The notes under the pieces were generated by a model that was not told the DNA's origin, ran no database searches, and saw only the letters and a program-made list of their open reading frames with translations. 64,000 nt of DNA from a bacterium (lineage in GTDB: Bacteria > UBA8248): contig OZ244799.1 in the NCBI GenBank assembly GCA_965219955.1, positions 1,088,001-1,152,000 of the forward strand. The letters are read 5' to 3'. A program made the translations under genes and the position numbers. Of the stretch, positions 49,017 through 59,600 are shown piece by piece; position 1 is the stretch's first letter; every line of letters begins with the position of its first letter.

Positions 49017-50666
49017 TCATTTCAGTCTCGTTTCGATATCCGACTCGAAGTATTCGAAAAGCGAGAGATACGGAATCGGCGCGGCCTGGCCCAGGCCGCA
49101 GATGGATGTGTCCTTCATGGCCTCGCATATCTCGCGCATGGCGGGCAGCTCAGAGGCCAGCGCCTCGCCGCTTAAGGCCCGCTCCAGAAAGGCGGTGAGC
49201 TTCTCCGTCCCCAGGCGGCAGGGCACGCACTTGCCGCAGGATTCGTCCCTGAAAAAGCGCACCACGTTGTGGGCGAGCGCCACCATGTCCACCCCCTCGG
49301 GGATGACGACGAGCGCCCCGCTGCCCAGCATGCTGCCCGCCTCCTGCAGGGAGTCGAAGTCGTATGGAATGTCGACGAGGCTCGCGGGCAGAAACCCGCT
49401 GCTGGCCCCGCCGGGCGAGAACGCCTTCAGGTGCGCGCCAGCAGTCAGGCCGCCCGCGGGGCCTTCTATAATCTCCCGGATCGGCGTTCCGAACTCCACC
49501 TCGTAGACCCCCGGTTTCCTGACCGCGCCGCTCACGCCCACCACCTTGAAGCCTTGGCTCCCGTTCCGCCCGAAGGAGGTGAACCATTCCGCTCCTTTCT
49601 TGAGCACCGCCGGGATGAGCGCGAAGGTCTCGACGTTGTTGATGAGGGTGGGCTTGCCGAAAAGACCCGCCGTGCCTGGGAAGGGGGGCTTGTCGCGGGG
49701 CTGGGCGCGCTTGTCCTCCAGGACTTCCAGGAGCGCCGTCTCCTCCCCGCAGATGTACCCGCCGGGACTCGTAAAGATTTCGAGGCTCGGTGTTGTTTTC
49801 GTGTCGATCAAGCGCGCCTTGCGCGCGCGCTCGATGGCGCGTCCCAGCTTTCTCGCCTGCGCGCCGTATTCATGGCGTATGTAGATGATGGCGCGCCCGG
49901 CCCCCACGGCCCGGCAGGCGATGAGTATTCCCTCGACGACGAGCTCGGGGTGCGAGTCCATGATGGCGCGGTCCTTGAACGTGCCCGGCTCGCTCTCATC
50001 GGCGTTGCAGACGACGAATTTCTCTTTGGCCTGCGCGCTCAGGACGAAACGCCACTTGAGCCCTGCCGGAAAGCCGGCCCCGCCCATGCCGCGCAGGCCG
50101 CTCTCCTTCAGGACATCGATGACGCTTTCCGGCTTGTCGTTTTTCATCAACGCTCGCAGGACGCCGAAGGCCCCGTTCCTGCGGTAAGGGTTGATTCGCG
50201 ATGCGTGCCTGAGTTTTTGCGCTCTCGAGGCGGGGCTTGGACGTCCATTTTTCCAGGACGCGATGATGCCCTGAAATTTTTCATCCGTGAGAGAGGAATA
50301 GATGCGGCCTTCTATCTCGGCGGCGGGACCCTTGTCGCACCGGCCCAGGCAGGCGCAGCTTTCGGGGCGGAGGTCCCGGATTCCGGCGCGGCGGGCGAGA
50401 TTATTCGCGTTGTCCAGCAACGCGGCGCCGCCAGCGAGCAGGCAGCTCATGTCCCGGCAGACCTGGACTTTCGGTTTCGGGGGTTTTTCCAGGTGAAAGT
50501 GCGGGAAAAAGCTGGCGATGCCGTAGGAATCGTAGATGGGAACGCCCAGGTCTTTGGAGACCTCGGTGATCGCTTCTTTCGAGAGATAGCCTTCTTCTTT
50601 CTGGCGGGAGAGCAGGGCCTCGATTTTGGCGGGAGACTTGTAGACCGTGGAAGCGTTTTCTGTCAT
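49017..50666 (-). CDS. Formate dehydrogenase beta subunit, NuoE-NuoF fusion (FMN/NAD-binding)
   Basis: CRDMSC...CLGRC (2Fe-2S), GLRGMGGAGFP, NADESEPGTFKDR, GYICGEETAL and ESCGKCVPCR...SICGLG motifs. Confidence 0.92.
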   Translation of the reverse strand: MTENASTVYKSPAKIEALLSRQKEEGYLSKEAITEVSKDLGVPIYDSYGIASFFPHFHLEKPPKPKVQVCRDMSCLLAGGAALLDNANNLARRAGIRDLRPESCACLGRCDKGPAAEIEGRIYSSLTDEKFQGIIASWKNGRPSPASRAQKLRHASRINPYRRNGAFGVLRALMKNDKPESVIDVLKESGLRGMGGAGFPAGLKWRFVLSAQAKEKFVVCNADESEPGTFKDRAIMDSHPELVVEGILIACRAVGAGRAIIYIRHEYGAQARKLGRAIERARKARLIDTKTTPSLEIFTSPGGYICGEETALLEVLEDKRAQPRDKPPFPGTAGLFGKPTLINNVETFALIPAVLKKGAEWFTSFGRNGSQGFKVVGVSGAVRKPGVYEVEFGTPIREIIEGPAGGLTAGAHLKAFSPGGASSGFLPASLVDIPYDFDSLQEAGSMLGSGALVVIPEGVDMVALAHNVVRFFRDESCGKCVPCRLGTEKLTAFLERALSGEALASELPAMREICEAMKDTSICGLGQAAPIPYLSLFEYFESDIETRLK

Positions 50667-50767
50667 CGAAATCTCCCCGTGAGCCGCGATGCCTCGTAAG
50701 TCATTCTAAATGTTCGCGCAACGAGGTGTCCAGCAATGCTTTGGCGATGCGTCGGGGAGCGCTGTTC

Positions 50768-51733
50768 GGGGTTGTTGAAAAAGGCCGGTGAGTGAGTGAT
50801 CGACGCGAGGGGGTGTAGGGACAGGTCGCGACCTCGGACAGGCGCAGAAGCCTGTCCGCTACGGCCGATTCGTTCACCAGCGATCCGCGCGAAACCTCCT
50901 CCTCATCCTGAGTAGGCGCGCAAGCGCCGTATCGAAGGATGGAAGACGCTACTTCCTCGGAGGCAAGAATTTCGCCCTTCGACAGGCTCAGGACAGGCCC
51001 CTTCGATACGCGGTTCCGCCGCTACTCAGGGTGAGGAAGGTGGGGGGCGGAGTTTGCCCCGAGCGAAGTCGATGGGCGGCTACCCAGGGTGAGGCGGAGC
51101 GGCGGGTTGCTCAGGGGGTCAAGCGCGAGCGATGAAGGGCTGTTGAAAAACCCTATCCGACCTTCAAGATTGTTCGCCGTAGGGACAGGCCTCCGTGCCT
51201 GTCCCTGTGAAGCGCAACCACGGGGATCGACATATCCGATACGGGCGGCCACGGGGGGCAGGGCGGCCTCTGGGGATCGCCCTGCTACGGGGGCATGCGG
51301 TTTTGTTCGTCATTCCGGCGAAAGCCGGAATCCATTTCCGCCTTTGCCTTTTCGTCCCCTCGTTTCGGACGTCTTTACTTACGGGCGGGGAGGAGCGGAA
51401 TCGAACACAAAAACGAAAGGCGAATTCTCTGGATTCCGCATACGGACGCAGCGCAACAACAAGGTCTTGGCGCACCTCCCGATGAAAAGTCAAAATGGAT
51501 TCCGGCTTTCGCCGGAATGACGGCGGTTCTCCCGCATGGAGGGGCGGTTGAAAAACCCGGAGAGGGAAAATTTGTTTGCGTGTATGTCGGACATGTATGT
51601 CCGACATACATGCGACCCTGATTTTTTTAACCCACTACATGGGCCGCATGTCTGTAGCGCTCCCAAGAAGGGAGCGCTACCTACAAAAACCGCCCCTAAA
51701 ACCCTCGTTCATCAAGACTCTTTCAACAGGCCC
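50768..51733. repeat. Large REP/MITE mosaic
   Basis: GTTGAAAAA ends at about 50774, 51142 and 51547, and CTTTCAACAG at about 51720. Contains GTAG, GTCATTCCGGCGAAAGCCGGAATCC and CTCATCCTGAG modules. 51021-51075 is an inverted copy of about 38105-38159. Confidence 0.8.
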
Positions 51734-51828
51734 GCGCCTTGCGCCTGCGGCTTGTGAGTCGCCGGGCTTGTCGAGTACATTGTGGGCCTTCACGCCGGGA
51801 CGTTTCCTGCCGGATCGAGGAGTTCGGT

Positions 51829-52368
51829 TTGACCGCTTTGGTTCGCTCTTTTCATTTCGCCCTTCTGGTGTCGTGGCTCGCCCTCACGCTGGGCGTGTGG
51901 TGGGCCGCGACGAACTCGTTCGAGGCGTTCAACGCGGAGAAGAACCCGGTGGCTTCGAAGCTGTTCGAACCCGCCCCGGAAGCGAAAATCAAGGGCCGCA
52001 TGGCCGCGAGAGAAGTCAACACCCGCATTTTCCGCGCCTGGAACCGCCTGCAACTCATGTTCTGCGTCTTGTTGTTCTGCTTTCTCTGGTGGGCGGGACG
52101 GATGAGCGGCCTGCCGCTCGCGCTGGCCGGGTGTCTCCTCCTCATCGTGGGCGTTCACGTCTTCTGGTTCACGCCGAAAATAGAAGCGCTCGGAAGAATT
52201 CTCACGAGCGCGGAGGTTTTGGGGAATGCGCCGTCCGTGCAGAGTGAATTCGGAAGCTACCACGGGGCGTATGTCATCACGGATATCTTGAAGGCCTGCA
52301 TCCTGTTCGCGGCGATATGGATTTCTCCGTGGCGAAAGATTTTCGGGAGCGAAACGCCGCGCGGGTGA
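51829..52368 (+). CDS. DUF4149-like membrane protein
   Basis: GAGGAG RBS before TTG, four hydrophobic segments, and WFTPKI...FGSYHGA pattern. Confidence 0.6.
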   Translation: MTALVRSFHFALLVSWLALTLGVWWAATNSFEAFNAEKNPVASKLFEPAPEAKIKGRMAAREVNTRIFRAWNRLQLMFCVLLFCFLWWAGRMSGLPLALAGCLLLIVGVHVFWFTPKIEALGRILTSAEVLGNAPSVQSEFGSYHGAYVITDILKACILFAAIWISPWRKIFGSETPRG

Positions 52369-52500
52369 AGGTTTCTCCGCACCCGTTTCTCTCCTTCGCC
52401 TTGCGGGACTACCCATCGGCTGGCAGGATGGTATAAAATGATACTTTTACGCCGCCGCGCTGTCGCTATCAGGTCGCAGTAATGTCGTAGCGACGCCAAT

Positions 52501-53397
52501 ATGGGGGGCTTCATATTGAACCCCGCCTGTGACAAGCGCCAGTCTTTCCCGCGCCGGAAAGGTCGCTTTCCGCTGCGGAGAGCTATCTTCTCGGGTTTTC
52601 TCGTCTTGTCGGCGCTCATCTTCTCGTCCACTTTTGCGTGGGCGGTCGATGGCATCTGCAAGCCGGGGATCGTCCGCCACGACGGGAGTTTCATCCCCGT
52701 CTCGATGAGGGGCGGATGGGCGAGGGTTCGGCAAGCGCGCGAGGTTCGGCTGAAGTTCCTGGGCCACTCGAGTTTCCTGATCGAGGCCCCGGGAGGCGGG
52801 CGGGCCGTCATGGACCCCTACGTCATCCCCATCCTGGATCCGCCGCCGGATGCCGTCACCGTCAGCAATTTTCATGAGACCCACTCGATGACGGGGCCCT
52901 ACCTGGGCAAGTCGGAGATTTTTTTCGGCGTGACGAAAGAGGGAAAGCCCAACGCGATCGACGAGAAATTCGGGAACCTGAGGATCGCCTCTTTCCCCCA
53001 GGTGGACGGGGACGAGAACCATCCTTTCGTCCTGAACACCATCCATGTCTTTCAGGCGGGCGGGATTTGCGTCGCCCATTTCGGCAACGCGCGCTTCGGC
53101 CCCTCGCCCGGGCAGATACGCGCGCTGGGGAAAATCCACGTCCTGCTGCTCCCGATAGACGGCTCGTTCACGGTCCCCCACGAGGTGGCGGCCAAGATCA
53201 CCAAGCGCATCGGGCCCAACATCGTGATACCGATGCACTATTTTGGCCCCGAATTGACCGGCGAGTTCGAAAAGGCCCTGAAGGCGGAGGGAATCACGAG
53301 AGTCGTTCGCCCGAAGGAGACCGAACTCGTGCTCACGCGCAAAAGACTGCCGCCGCCCACGACCTATGTGGTGTTGCCCGATGTCAACGTCCCGTAA
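52501..53397 (+). CDS. MBL-fold metallo-hydrolase, probably exported (start uncertain)
   Basis: FLGHSSFLI, MDPY, degenerate NFHETH, HFGN and IVIPMHY motifs, with a signal-like segment ending AWA. Confidence 0.8.
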   Translation: MGGFILNPACDKRQSFPRRKGRFPLRRAIFSGFLVLSALIFSSTFAWAVDGICKPGIVRHDGSFIPVSMRGGWARVRQAREVRLKFLGHSSFLIEAPGGGRAVMDPYVIPILDPPPDAVTVSNFHETHSMTGPYLGKSEIFFGVTKEGKPNAIDEKFGNLRIASFPQVDGDENHPFVLNTIHVFQAGGICVAHFGNARFGPSPGQIRALGKIHVLLLPIDGSFTVPHEVAAKITKRIGPNIVIPMHYFGPELTGEFEKALKAEGITRVVRPKETELVLTRKRLPPPTTYVVLPDVNVP

Positions 53398-54229
53398 TTC
53401 TTTCCTGAGCCGGCGCGTGTTCATCGCCCGCGCCGCCATGGCGGCAGCCGCGCTGCTCGGCCTGCCCGGGCGGGCGAATGCGCAGTCGAATCCTCCTTTG
53501 AGCGAATGGCAAAAGAATCTTTTTCCGCGTTCCTCCGAGGAGGAAAAGACGTTTCTCCCCGATTTCACGCCGGCGCAGCTGCGCTACTCCGGCGGACGCT
53601 GGCAGGAATATCCCACGGCGATGGCTTCCTTTCTCGATGAGGTGCAAAAGCGCACGAGCATCGAAACCGCACGGGATGCGCAGGCGGTCGACATCTCCTC
53701 GCCCGAAATTTTCGAATATCCTTTTCTCTACATGGCGGGGCGTTACGAATTCGAGATGCCCGACGCCAGGGCGATAGACAACCTGAGGCGGCACCTCACC
53801 TACGGGGGGTTTTTGCTCATCGACGACGGCTTGGGGCTCGAGGAGGAGGCCTTCGGCGGCGCGGTCAGGAAACTCATGCGCCTCGTCTTTCCCAGGAACG
53901 CCCTCGAGGCGCTCCAGCGCGAGCATGCCGCTTTCAAGAGCTATTATCTGATTCGCTCCATCGGCGGGCGCCAGGCCGTGAGCCAGGATTTGATGGGCAT
54001 CAACGTAGGGATGTTCACGCCCGTCATCTTCTGCCGGAACGACCTGGGGGGCGCCTGGGCGAGGGGGCCCGGCGGCGGATGGCTGGAGGAATGCACCCCC
54101 GGCGGCGAGACGCAGCGCCTCGCGGCCTTTCAACTCGCGGTGAACATCGCCCTCTATGCGATGACGGGCAACTACAAGCAAGACCTCATCCACCACCCCT
54201 TCATCCAGCGCAGGCTGAACCAGGGCTAG
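53381..54229 (+). CDS. DUF4159 domain protein with Tat signal
   Basis: SRRVFI twin-arginine motif, YPFLYMAG, GGFLLIDD, NDLGGAW and VNIALYAMTGNYKQD motifs. Confidence 0.85.
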   Translation: MSTSRNSFLSRRVFIARAAMAAAALLGLPGRANAQSNPPLSEWQKNLFPRSSEEEKTFLPDFTPAQLRYSGGRWQEYPTAMASFLDEVQKRTSIETARDAQAVDISSPEIFEYPFLYMAGRYEFEMPDARAIDNLRRHLTYGGFLLIDDGLGLEEEAFGGAVRKLMRLVFPRNALEALQREHAAFKSYYLIRSIGGRQAVSQDLMGINVGMFTPVIFCRNDLGGAWARGPGGGWLEECTPGGETQRLAAFQLAVNIALYAMTGNYKQDLIHHPFIQRRLNQG

Positions 54230-56575
54230 ATGATGGACTGGTCCACACTCCATTGGCCCGGCGGCGCGCCCTGGTGGGTGCTCGTCATCGTTGCGGCCGG
54301 ACTGGGCTGGGCGCTCGTCCGCAGGCACCGCGACTTGACCGAGAAACTCCCGCCGAGGCGCGTCTGGCTTCTTCAGGGGCTGAGGGCCCTCCTGTATGCC
54401 GCGATCGTATTTTTTCTCTCCGGCCCCACGCTGATCGACAGGCGCGAGCGCTCCCTGCCGCCCAAACTGCTCGTACTCCTCGACAGTTCGGCGAGCATGA
54501 GCGTTCAGGACGCGAACAGCAGGAAAACGCGCATCGACCTGGCGAAGGATTTCCTGCTGGTCCCGAAGAAGCCCGGACAAGTACAGGCCCCTGAAGGGGA
54601 GGAGCCGGATGATCCGCCCACGAGCCTGCTCGCGGATCTCAGAGAGCTCTACGACGTGCAGCTCGCTCGCTACGATGCCGGCAGGACCCCCATCGGTGTG
54701 AAGGATCTCGAAACCCTCCAGGCCCGGGGCGTGGGCAGCGATCCGCTGGGCGCCATCCGGGGCGCTCTGCGCAGCGCCCGGGAGACGCGCGCTCCGGCGG
54801 GAGAGGGGAAGCAGAAAAACCAGGACGGCCCCCTCGGCATCCTGATGCTCACGGACGGAGGGGACACCACCGAAGCGGCGCTTCCGCCCGGGGACGTGAA
54901 ATCCTTTCCGCCCCTCATCGGCGTGGGCTTCGGGGCGCCGGATTCCTTCCGCGACATCGCCATTCAGGATATTCAGGCCCCGCGCATCGCCTTTCAGGGA
55001 AAGGAGATGAGCCTGGAGGTCTCGCTCTCGGTCAAGGGCTTTTCCGGCCGCAAACTGCCGGTCGCCCTGACGCGCGAGGGCCGCATCATCAGAACCCGGT
55101 CGATTGACGTCAGGCGCAGCCCGTTGCGTCGTCTCGTGAAATTCCGCTTTACGCCGAGTGAGGTGGGAAGCCAGGTGTTGAGCGTGGTCACGCCCGTTCA
55201 GCGCGGCGAGATCGTGGAGTCGAACAACCGCGTCGAGATTCCCCTGGAAGTGAGGCGGGACAAGATTCGGGTGCTGACGATTACGGGTTCCCCCACGTGG
55301 AACTACCGGTTCCTGCGCATGGCGCTCAAGCGGGACCCCGCCATCGACCTCGTGTCGTTCGTCTTCCTGAGAACCTCGGAGGATGACCCGGGCGTTCCGA
55401 CCCGGCACCTGAGCCTCGTGCCGTTCCCGGTGGACAAGCTGTTCCTGGAGGAACTCAAGAATTTCGAGATTGTGGTTTTCGACAATTTCTCCGCCCAGGA
55501 GTACTTCAGCAACTACTACCTCAGGCGCGTGGAGGATTACGTCCGGAAAGGCGGGGCGCTGCTCATGTTCGGCGGCAGGCAGTCCTTCAGCGCCGGCGGA
55601 TACTACCGGAGCCCCATCGAGGACCTCCTGCCCGTGCGCCTGCAGCAGGAAAGCGATTATCAGGACCAAAGGCGCCTGCTTGCTCAGCTGACGCCTGTCG
55701 GCGGGAGACATCCCATCACGCAGCTCTCCTCGGATCTCGAGGAAAACAAGAAGTTCTGGACTTCTTTCCCCCCCTTGAGGCGCGTCAACGCAACGACGCC
55801 GTTCGGAAAAGGGCAGATTCTCGTTTCCACGAAAGAAGGGAAAACGCCTCTCCTCGCCACGAAGCGGATCGGCGAGGGAAGGGTGGTGAGTGTTTTTTCG
55901 GATGATATCTGGCGATGGAATTTCGGGATGGTGGCCGCGGAGAAGACGAACCGTCTCTACATCCGCCTGGTCGCGCAGATGATCCGCTGGCTTTCGGGCG
56001 ACCCCGGAAGTTCCCAGGTCCAGATTCTTCCCGAGGCGGAGCAGGGCAAGGACAGAACCTACGTCCTCAGGATGCAGGTGAGGGACGAATCCTATCAACC
56101 CGCCCAGACGGCGCAGGTGAAGGTGCAGCTTCGGGACCCCTATGGCGTCACCAACCATTACCGCGCGGTCTATCGCCCGGATTCCCGGGAATTCGAGGTT
56201 CGCTTCCGCCCCCGCGGCAACGGGAGTTACCGGGCGAGGATGACGGCCGTCCAGGACGGGCGGGTCATCGGCGAGGCGGTGCGGACCATCGGCATCGGCA
56301 GAGAGGCGGGCAAGGCGGAGTGGGCCGACGTCAGCCCGCGCTGGGAGAACCTGCAAACGCTGGCGAAAAACACGGGCGGACTCTTTTTCCGGGCCGACGC
56401 GGTGGGGAATGAGGATTTGACCGCCCGCGTTCTGGAGGCCTTGAAGGGCAAGGTGCCGCACAGGGTGATGGAAGTGCGCGACGTGCGCCTCTGGAGCATT
56501 CCCTGGATCGCGATGGCGCTCATCCTGCTGCCGGGCCTGGAGTGGACCATACGGCGCTTGTGGGGCCTGGCTTAA
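54230..56575 (+). CDS. Membrane protein with vWA/MIDAS-like and GATase1-like domains
   Basis: N-terminal TMs, LLDSSASMS (DxSxS), LTDG, LSLVPFPVDKLF, GGALLMFGG, WRW and C-terminal EW..RR..GL. Confidence 0.8.
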   Translation: MMDWSTLHWPGGAPWWVLVIVAAGLGWALVRRHRDLTEKLPPRRVWLLQGLRALLYAAIVFFLSGPTLIDRRERSLPPKLLVLLDSSASMSVQDANSRKTRIDLAKDFLLVPKKPGQVQAPEGEEPDDPPTSLLADLRELYDVQLARYDAGRTPIGVKDLETLQARGVGSDPLGAIRGALRSARETRAPAGEGKQKNQDGPLGILMLTDGGDTTEAALPPGDVKSFPPLIGVGFGAPDSFRDIAIQDIQAPRIAFQGKEMSLEVSLSVKGFSGRKLPVALTREGRIIRTRSIDVRRSPLRRLVKFRFTPSEVGSQVLSVVTPVQRGEIVESNNRVEIPLEVRRDKIRVLTITGSPTWNYRFLRMALKRDPAIDLVSFVFLRTSEDDPGVPTRHLSLVPFPVDKLFLEELKNFEIVVFDNFSAQEYFSNYYLRRVEDYVRKGGALLMFGGRQSFSAGGYYRSPIEDLLPVRLQQESDYQDQRRLLAQLTPVGGRHPITQLSSDLEENKKFWTSFPPLRRVNATTPFGKGQILVSTKEGKTPLLATKRIGEGRVVSVFSDDIWRWNFGMVAAEKTNRLYIRLVAQMIRWLSGDPGSSQVQILPEAEQGKDRTYVLRMQVRDESYQPAQTAQVKVQLRDPYGVTNHYRAVYRPDSREFEVRFRPRGNGSYRARMTAVQDGRVIGEAVRTIGIGREAGKAEWADVSPRWENLQTLAKNTGGLFFRADAVGNEDLTARVLEALKGKVPHRVMEVRDVRLWSIPWIAMALILLPGLEWTIRRLWGLA

Positions 56576-56683
56576 GCGTCGGGCCGGCGCGCGCTTTTGG
56601 CTGTTACCGCCCGTTCATGTATTTTGTGTAATATACATGAAATTGTACGCTGTCGCCGTTTATCCATATGAAGGAAACGAGAG

Positions 56684-59600
56684 ATGGCCGAGCAATCTTT
56701 CAAGAAGATAAACGAGTTCCTCGATTCCGTAATTCGCGCACGCCTCAAGGTCAGGCGCCTCGAGGCGGGGATGGTGCTGCTGCTGGGCGTCCTGGCCGTT
56801 TTTCTGCTGGCCCCGGCGGCGGTGGTCGCGCAGCCCATCTATGGGTATTCCGCCATCACCTACGCCGGGACGGCGGTTCTTCTGCTGGGCGTGACGCTCA
56901 TCCGCTGCTGGTGGCTGGCGACCCGCCGCCCCAGACGCGAGAGCATCGCCCTCGACATCGAGGAAACCCACCCGGACCTGGGCAGCAACCTCATCAGTTC
57001 GCTGCAGCTTTTCCCGCGCAAAGGAGAGCTCGGCGATGACGACCCCACCTCGCCCGCGCTCATCGACGCGTTGGTGAACGACACCCACCGGGAAGTGGAG
57101 CCGCTCGACCCGGAGGCTTATGTCTCCCACGCCGGCTTTCAAAGGCTCGGGCGGCTCGCCGGCGTTCTGACCATCGCGGTGCTTCTCATGGCGTTCATCT
57201 GGCCGGGGCTGTACCCGCGCGCGGGTTACCTTCTGGCGAACGCGGCGGACCTCATGCCCTCGCGCATCACGAACCTGGAGATTTGGGCGGAGCGCACCAC
57301 GGTTCTCCCCGGGATGCCCACGGCGTTCGAGGTGAAGACCACGGGCCGTGAGACGGATGCCGTCGAGCTGGAAGTGCGGCAAGGCGCCGGGTCCGGGGCG
57401 AGCATCGCCATGGAGAAGGTGGCTCCCCACCATTTCCGCTCTCGCTGGCTGGCCGCCGGTGACCTGGCGCGCGTCACGGCCCGGACGGGCAGGTTCCGCT
57501 CGCGGACGATCGAGGTCCGCGTGGTCGCCCCGCCGAGGGTGGAATCCATCGAAGTCGTTCAGTATCCGCCCGAGTATACGAAGCTCAAACCCGGCCCGGG
57601 GAAAAACGGCGGCCACATCCGCGCCTACATGGGTTCCGAGGTTCAACTGGCCGTGAAGACGAACAAGCCGGTTCAGGAGGCGCTCATCGCGCTGGCCGAC
57701 GGCTGGCGGTTGCCGCTCAACCCCTCAGAGGAGGGCGGTTCGCTGGGCGGGAAGATGATCCTGGGCGGCGCGGGCTCTTATCAGGTGCGCTTGAAGGATG
57801 CGCACGGCTTTTCGAATCTCGCGCCCCAGCGCTACCAGATCGACATCATCCCCGACGCCTATCCCGTCGTAATGGTGACGCATCCGGAAAAGGACCTCAC
57901 GGTGGAGGCCGACGAGCAGGTGACCGTGAAGTACCGGGCGTCCGATGATTTCGGGCTCAAGAGCGTATATCTCGAAATCAGGCTCGGGAGCGGCCGTCCG
58001 AGGAGAATCAGGGTGTGGGGCGGCGAGGCCCCAAAGAAGGACGTGCTCGGACGCTATGAGTTCGACCTCAGGTCCATGGGAATCAAGCCGGGGGGGATCC
58101 TCTCCTATCGCTTCATCGCCCCTGACGTGGATACGGTGAGCGGCCCCAAGTTCGGGACGAGCAAAGTCTACCGGATCAAGATCCGCGACCGGGAAGCCGT
58201 GATAGCCGGGCTGGACAGGAATCTGGGAGAGATTTCGAACGAACTCCTCGACCTGCTGGGCGATTACCTGGAAAAGGACCTGCCGCCGGAAGAGAAGGCG
58301 AAAGGGGCGAAGGAAACCGGCAAGCTCGCTGACTCCATCGAGGCGAAGGCCGCCGGAATCCTGGAACGCATCAAGCGCACGAGAGCGATGCTCAGGCCCA
58401 AGAACCCGCGCGAGACGCTCTCCGACATGGATCTCTCCACGCTGCAGCGTCAACTGCGGGACGCGATTTCGCAATACCTGAAACCCCTCTCGCAACTCTC
58501 GAAATTGGGGAAGAACGCCGGTTCGGAAAGGGAAAGGCTGAACCGCGAGATAGCCGCCCGGCAGGAAGAGGCGACGGAAACGCTGGAGCGTCTCGCCACG
58601 ATGAGCGAGGAGATACAGCGCAACGTCCGGGTGGACAGGGCGGGCCGCACGACGGAATCGATGATCCAGAGGCAAAGGGCCATCGAGCAGGCATTAGAGA
58701 AAATGCGGAGGATGGGCGGGGACCAGGAGGCGATCAACCGGGTGGAGAAGGAGCTCGAGAAACTCAGGACGGAGCTGGGCAAGCTGATGCAGCAGATGGC
58801 TTCTCTGGCCCGGCGCATGCCCGCGGAATTCATGAACCAGCGCAGCATGCGCGAGATGCCCATGCAGGACATGATGCGCGCCTTCGAGCGGATTCGCGAG
58901 ATGATGCGCCAGAACAATTTCCAGGGCGCGCTGGAGCAGCTCAGGCGCCTCATGAGCCAGTTGCAGAGGATGCGCATGGCGTTGCGCGGCATGCAGCGCC
59001 AGCAGATGATGAGCCAGCGCGGGGGCCGGCCCATCAGGCGCCAGCAAAGCGAACTGGCGTCCATCGTGGAGGAGCAGCAGGCCATCCTGGGCGAGACGGT
59101 CGGCGTGCTGGAAAACGTGGTGGACCGCCTCAAGAAGAAATGGCCGGGAGAGGTCGCCGCCGCGTCGCGCAGCGCCCGGGCGTACTGGAAAACAGCGAGC
59201 GAGTCGGCCGCAAAGCCGCTCCCGCCGGATTGTTTCCCGGAGGCCGAGCCCGTGAAGCAGGCCGAACCGGCGGAGCCTGAGATATCGATGCTCGGCCGGC
59301 CCGAAACGCAGAAGAAACTCTCTCCCCGGGCGCAGGCGGAGAAAATCCAGCGCGAGAAGATGCGTGCGCTCTCCGAGTTCGACACCATGCTGAAAAAGGG
59401 CGAGTGGGGGATCATCTTCCAGAGACTGCCGGAGTGGGCGGCCAGGCTCGAGAGGTCGCCTTGCGTCCGTCCCGAGCAGATAGCGGAGAGGGAAAAAGAT
59501 GCGCCGAAGGTGGCGAGGCGCGAAAAAGGGCCGGGGTCTGCGACGCAGCAGGATGCGCGGGAGGGAATCAGGCCCGAGCCCTGGGCCTGGCAAAAGGATG

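Noticed and set aside
32424-51733. Palindromic repeats as a CRISPR array or integron attC sites
   Set aside because: There is no regular repeat-spacer period, orientations are mixed, and no cas or integrase gene is present. They fit REP/MITE structure.
53384-56461. 1025-aa antisense ORF (also 61084-63255, 46722-48590, 30177-31460, 49269-50699 and similar)
   Set aside because: These are shadows of well-supported genes in high-GC DNA, with no recognisable motifs.
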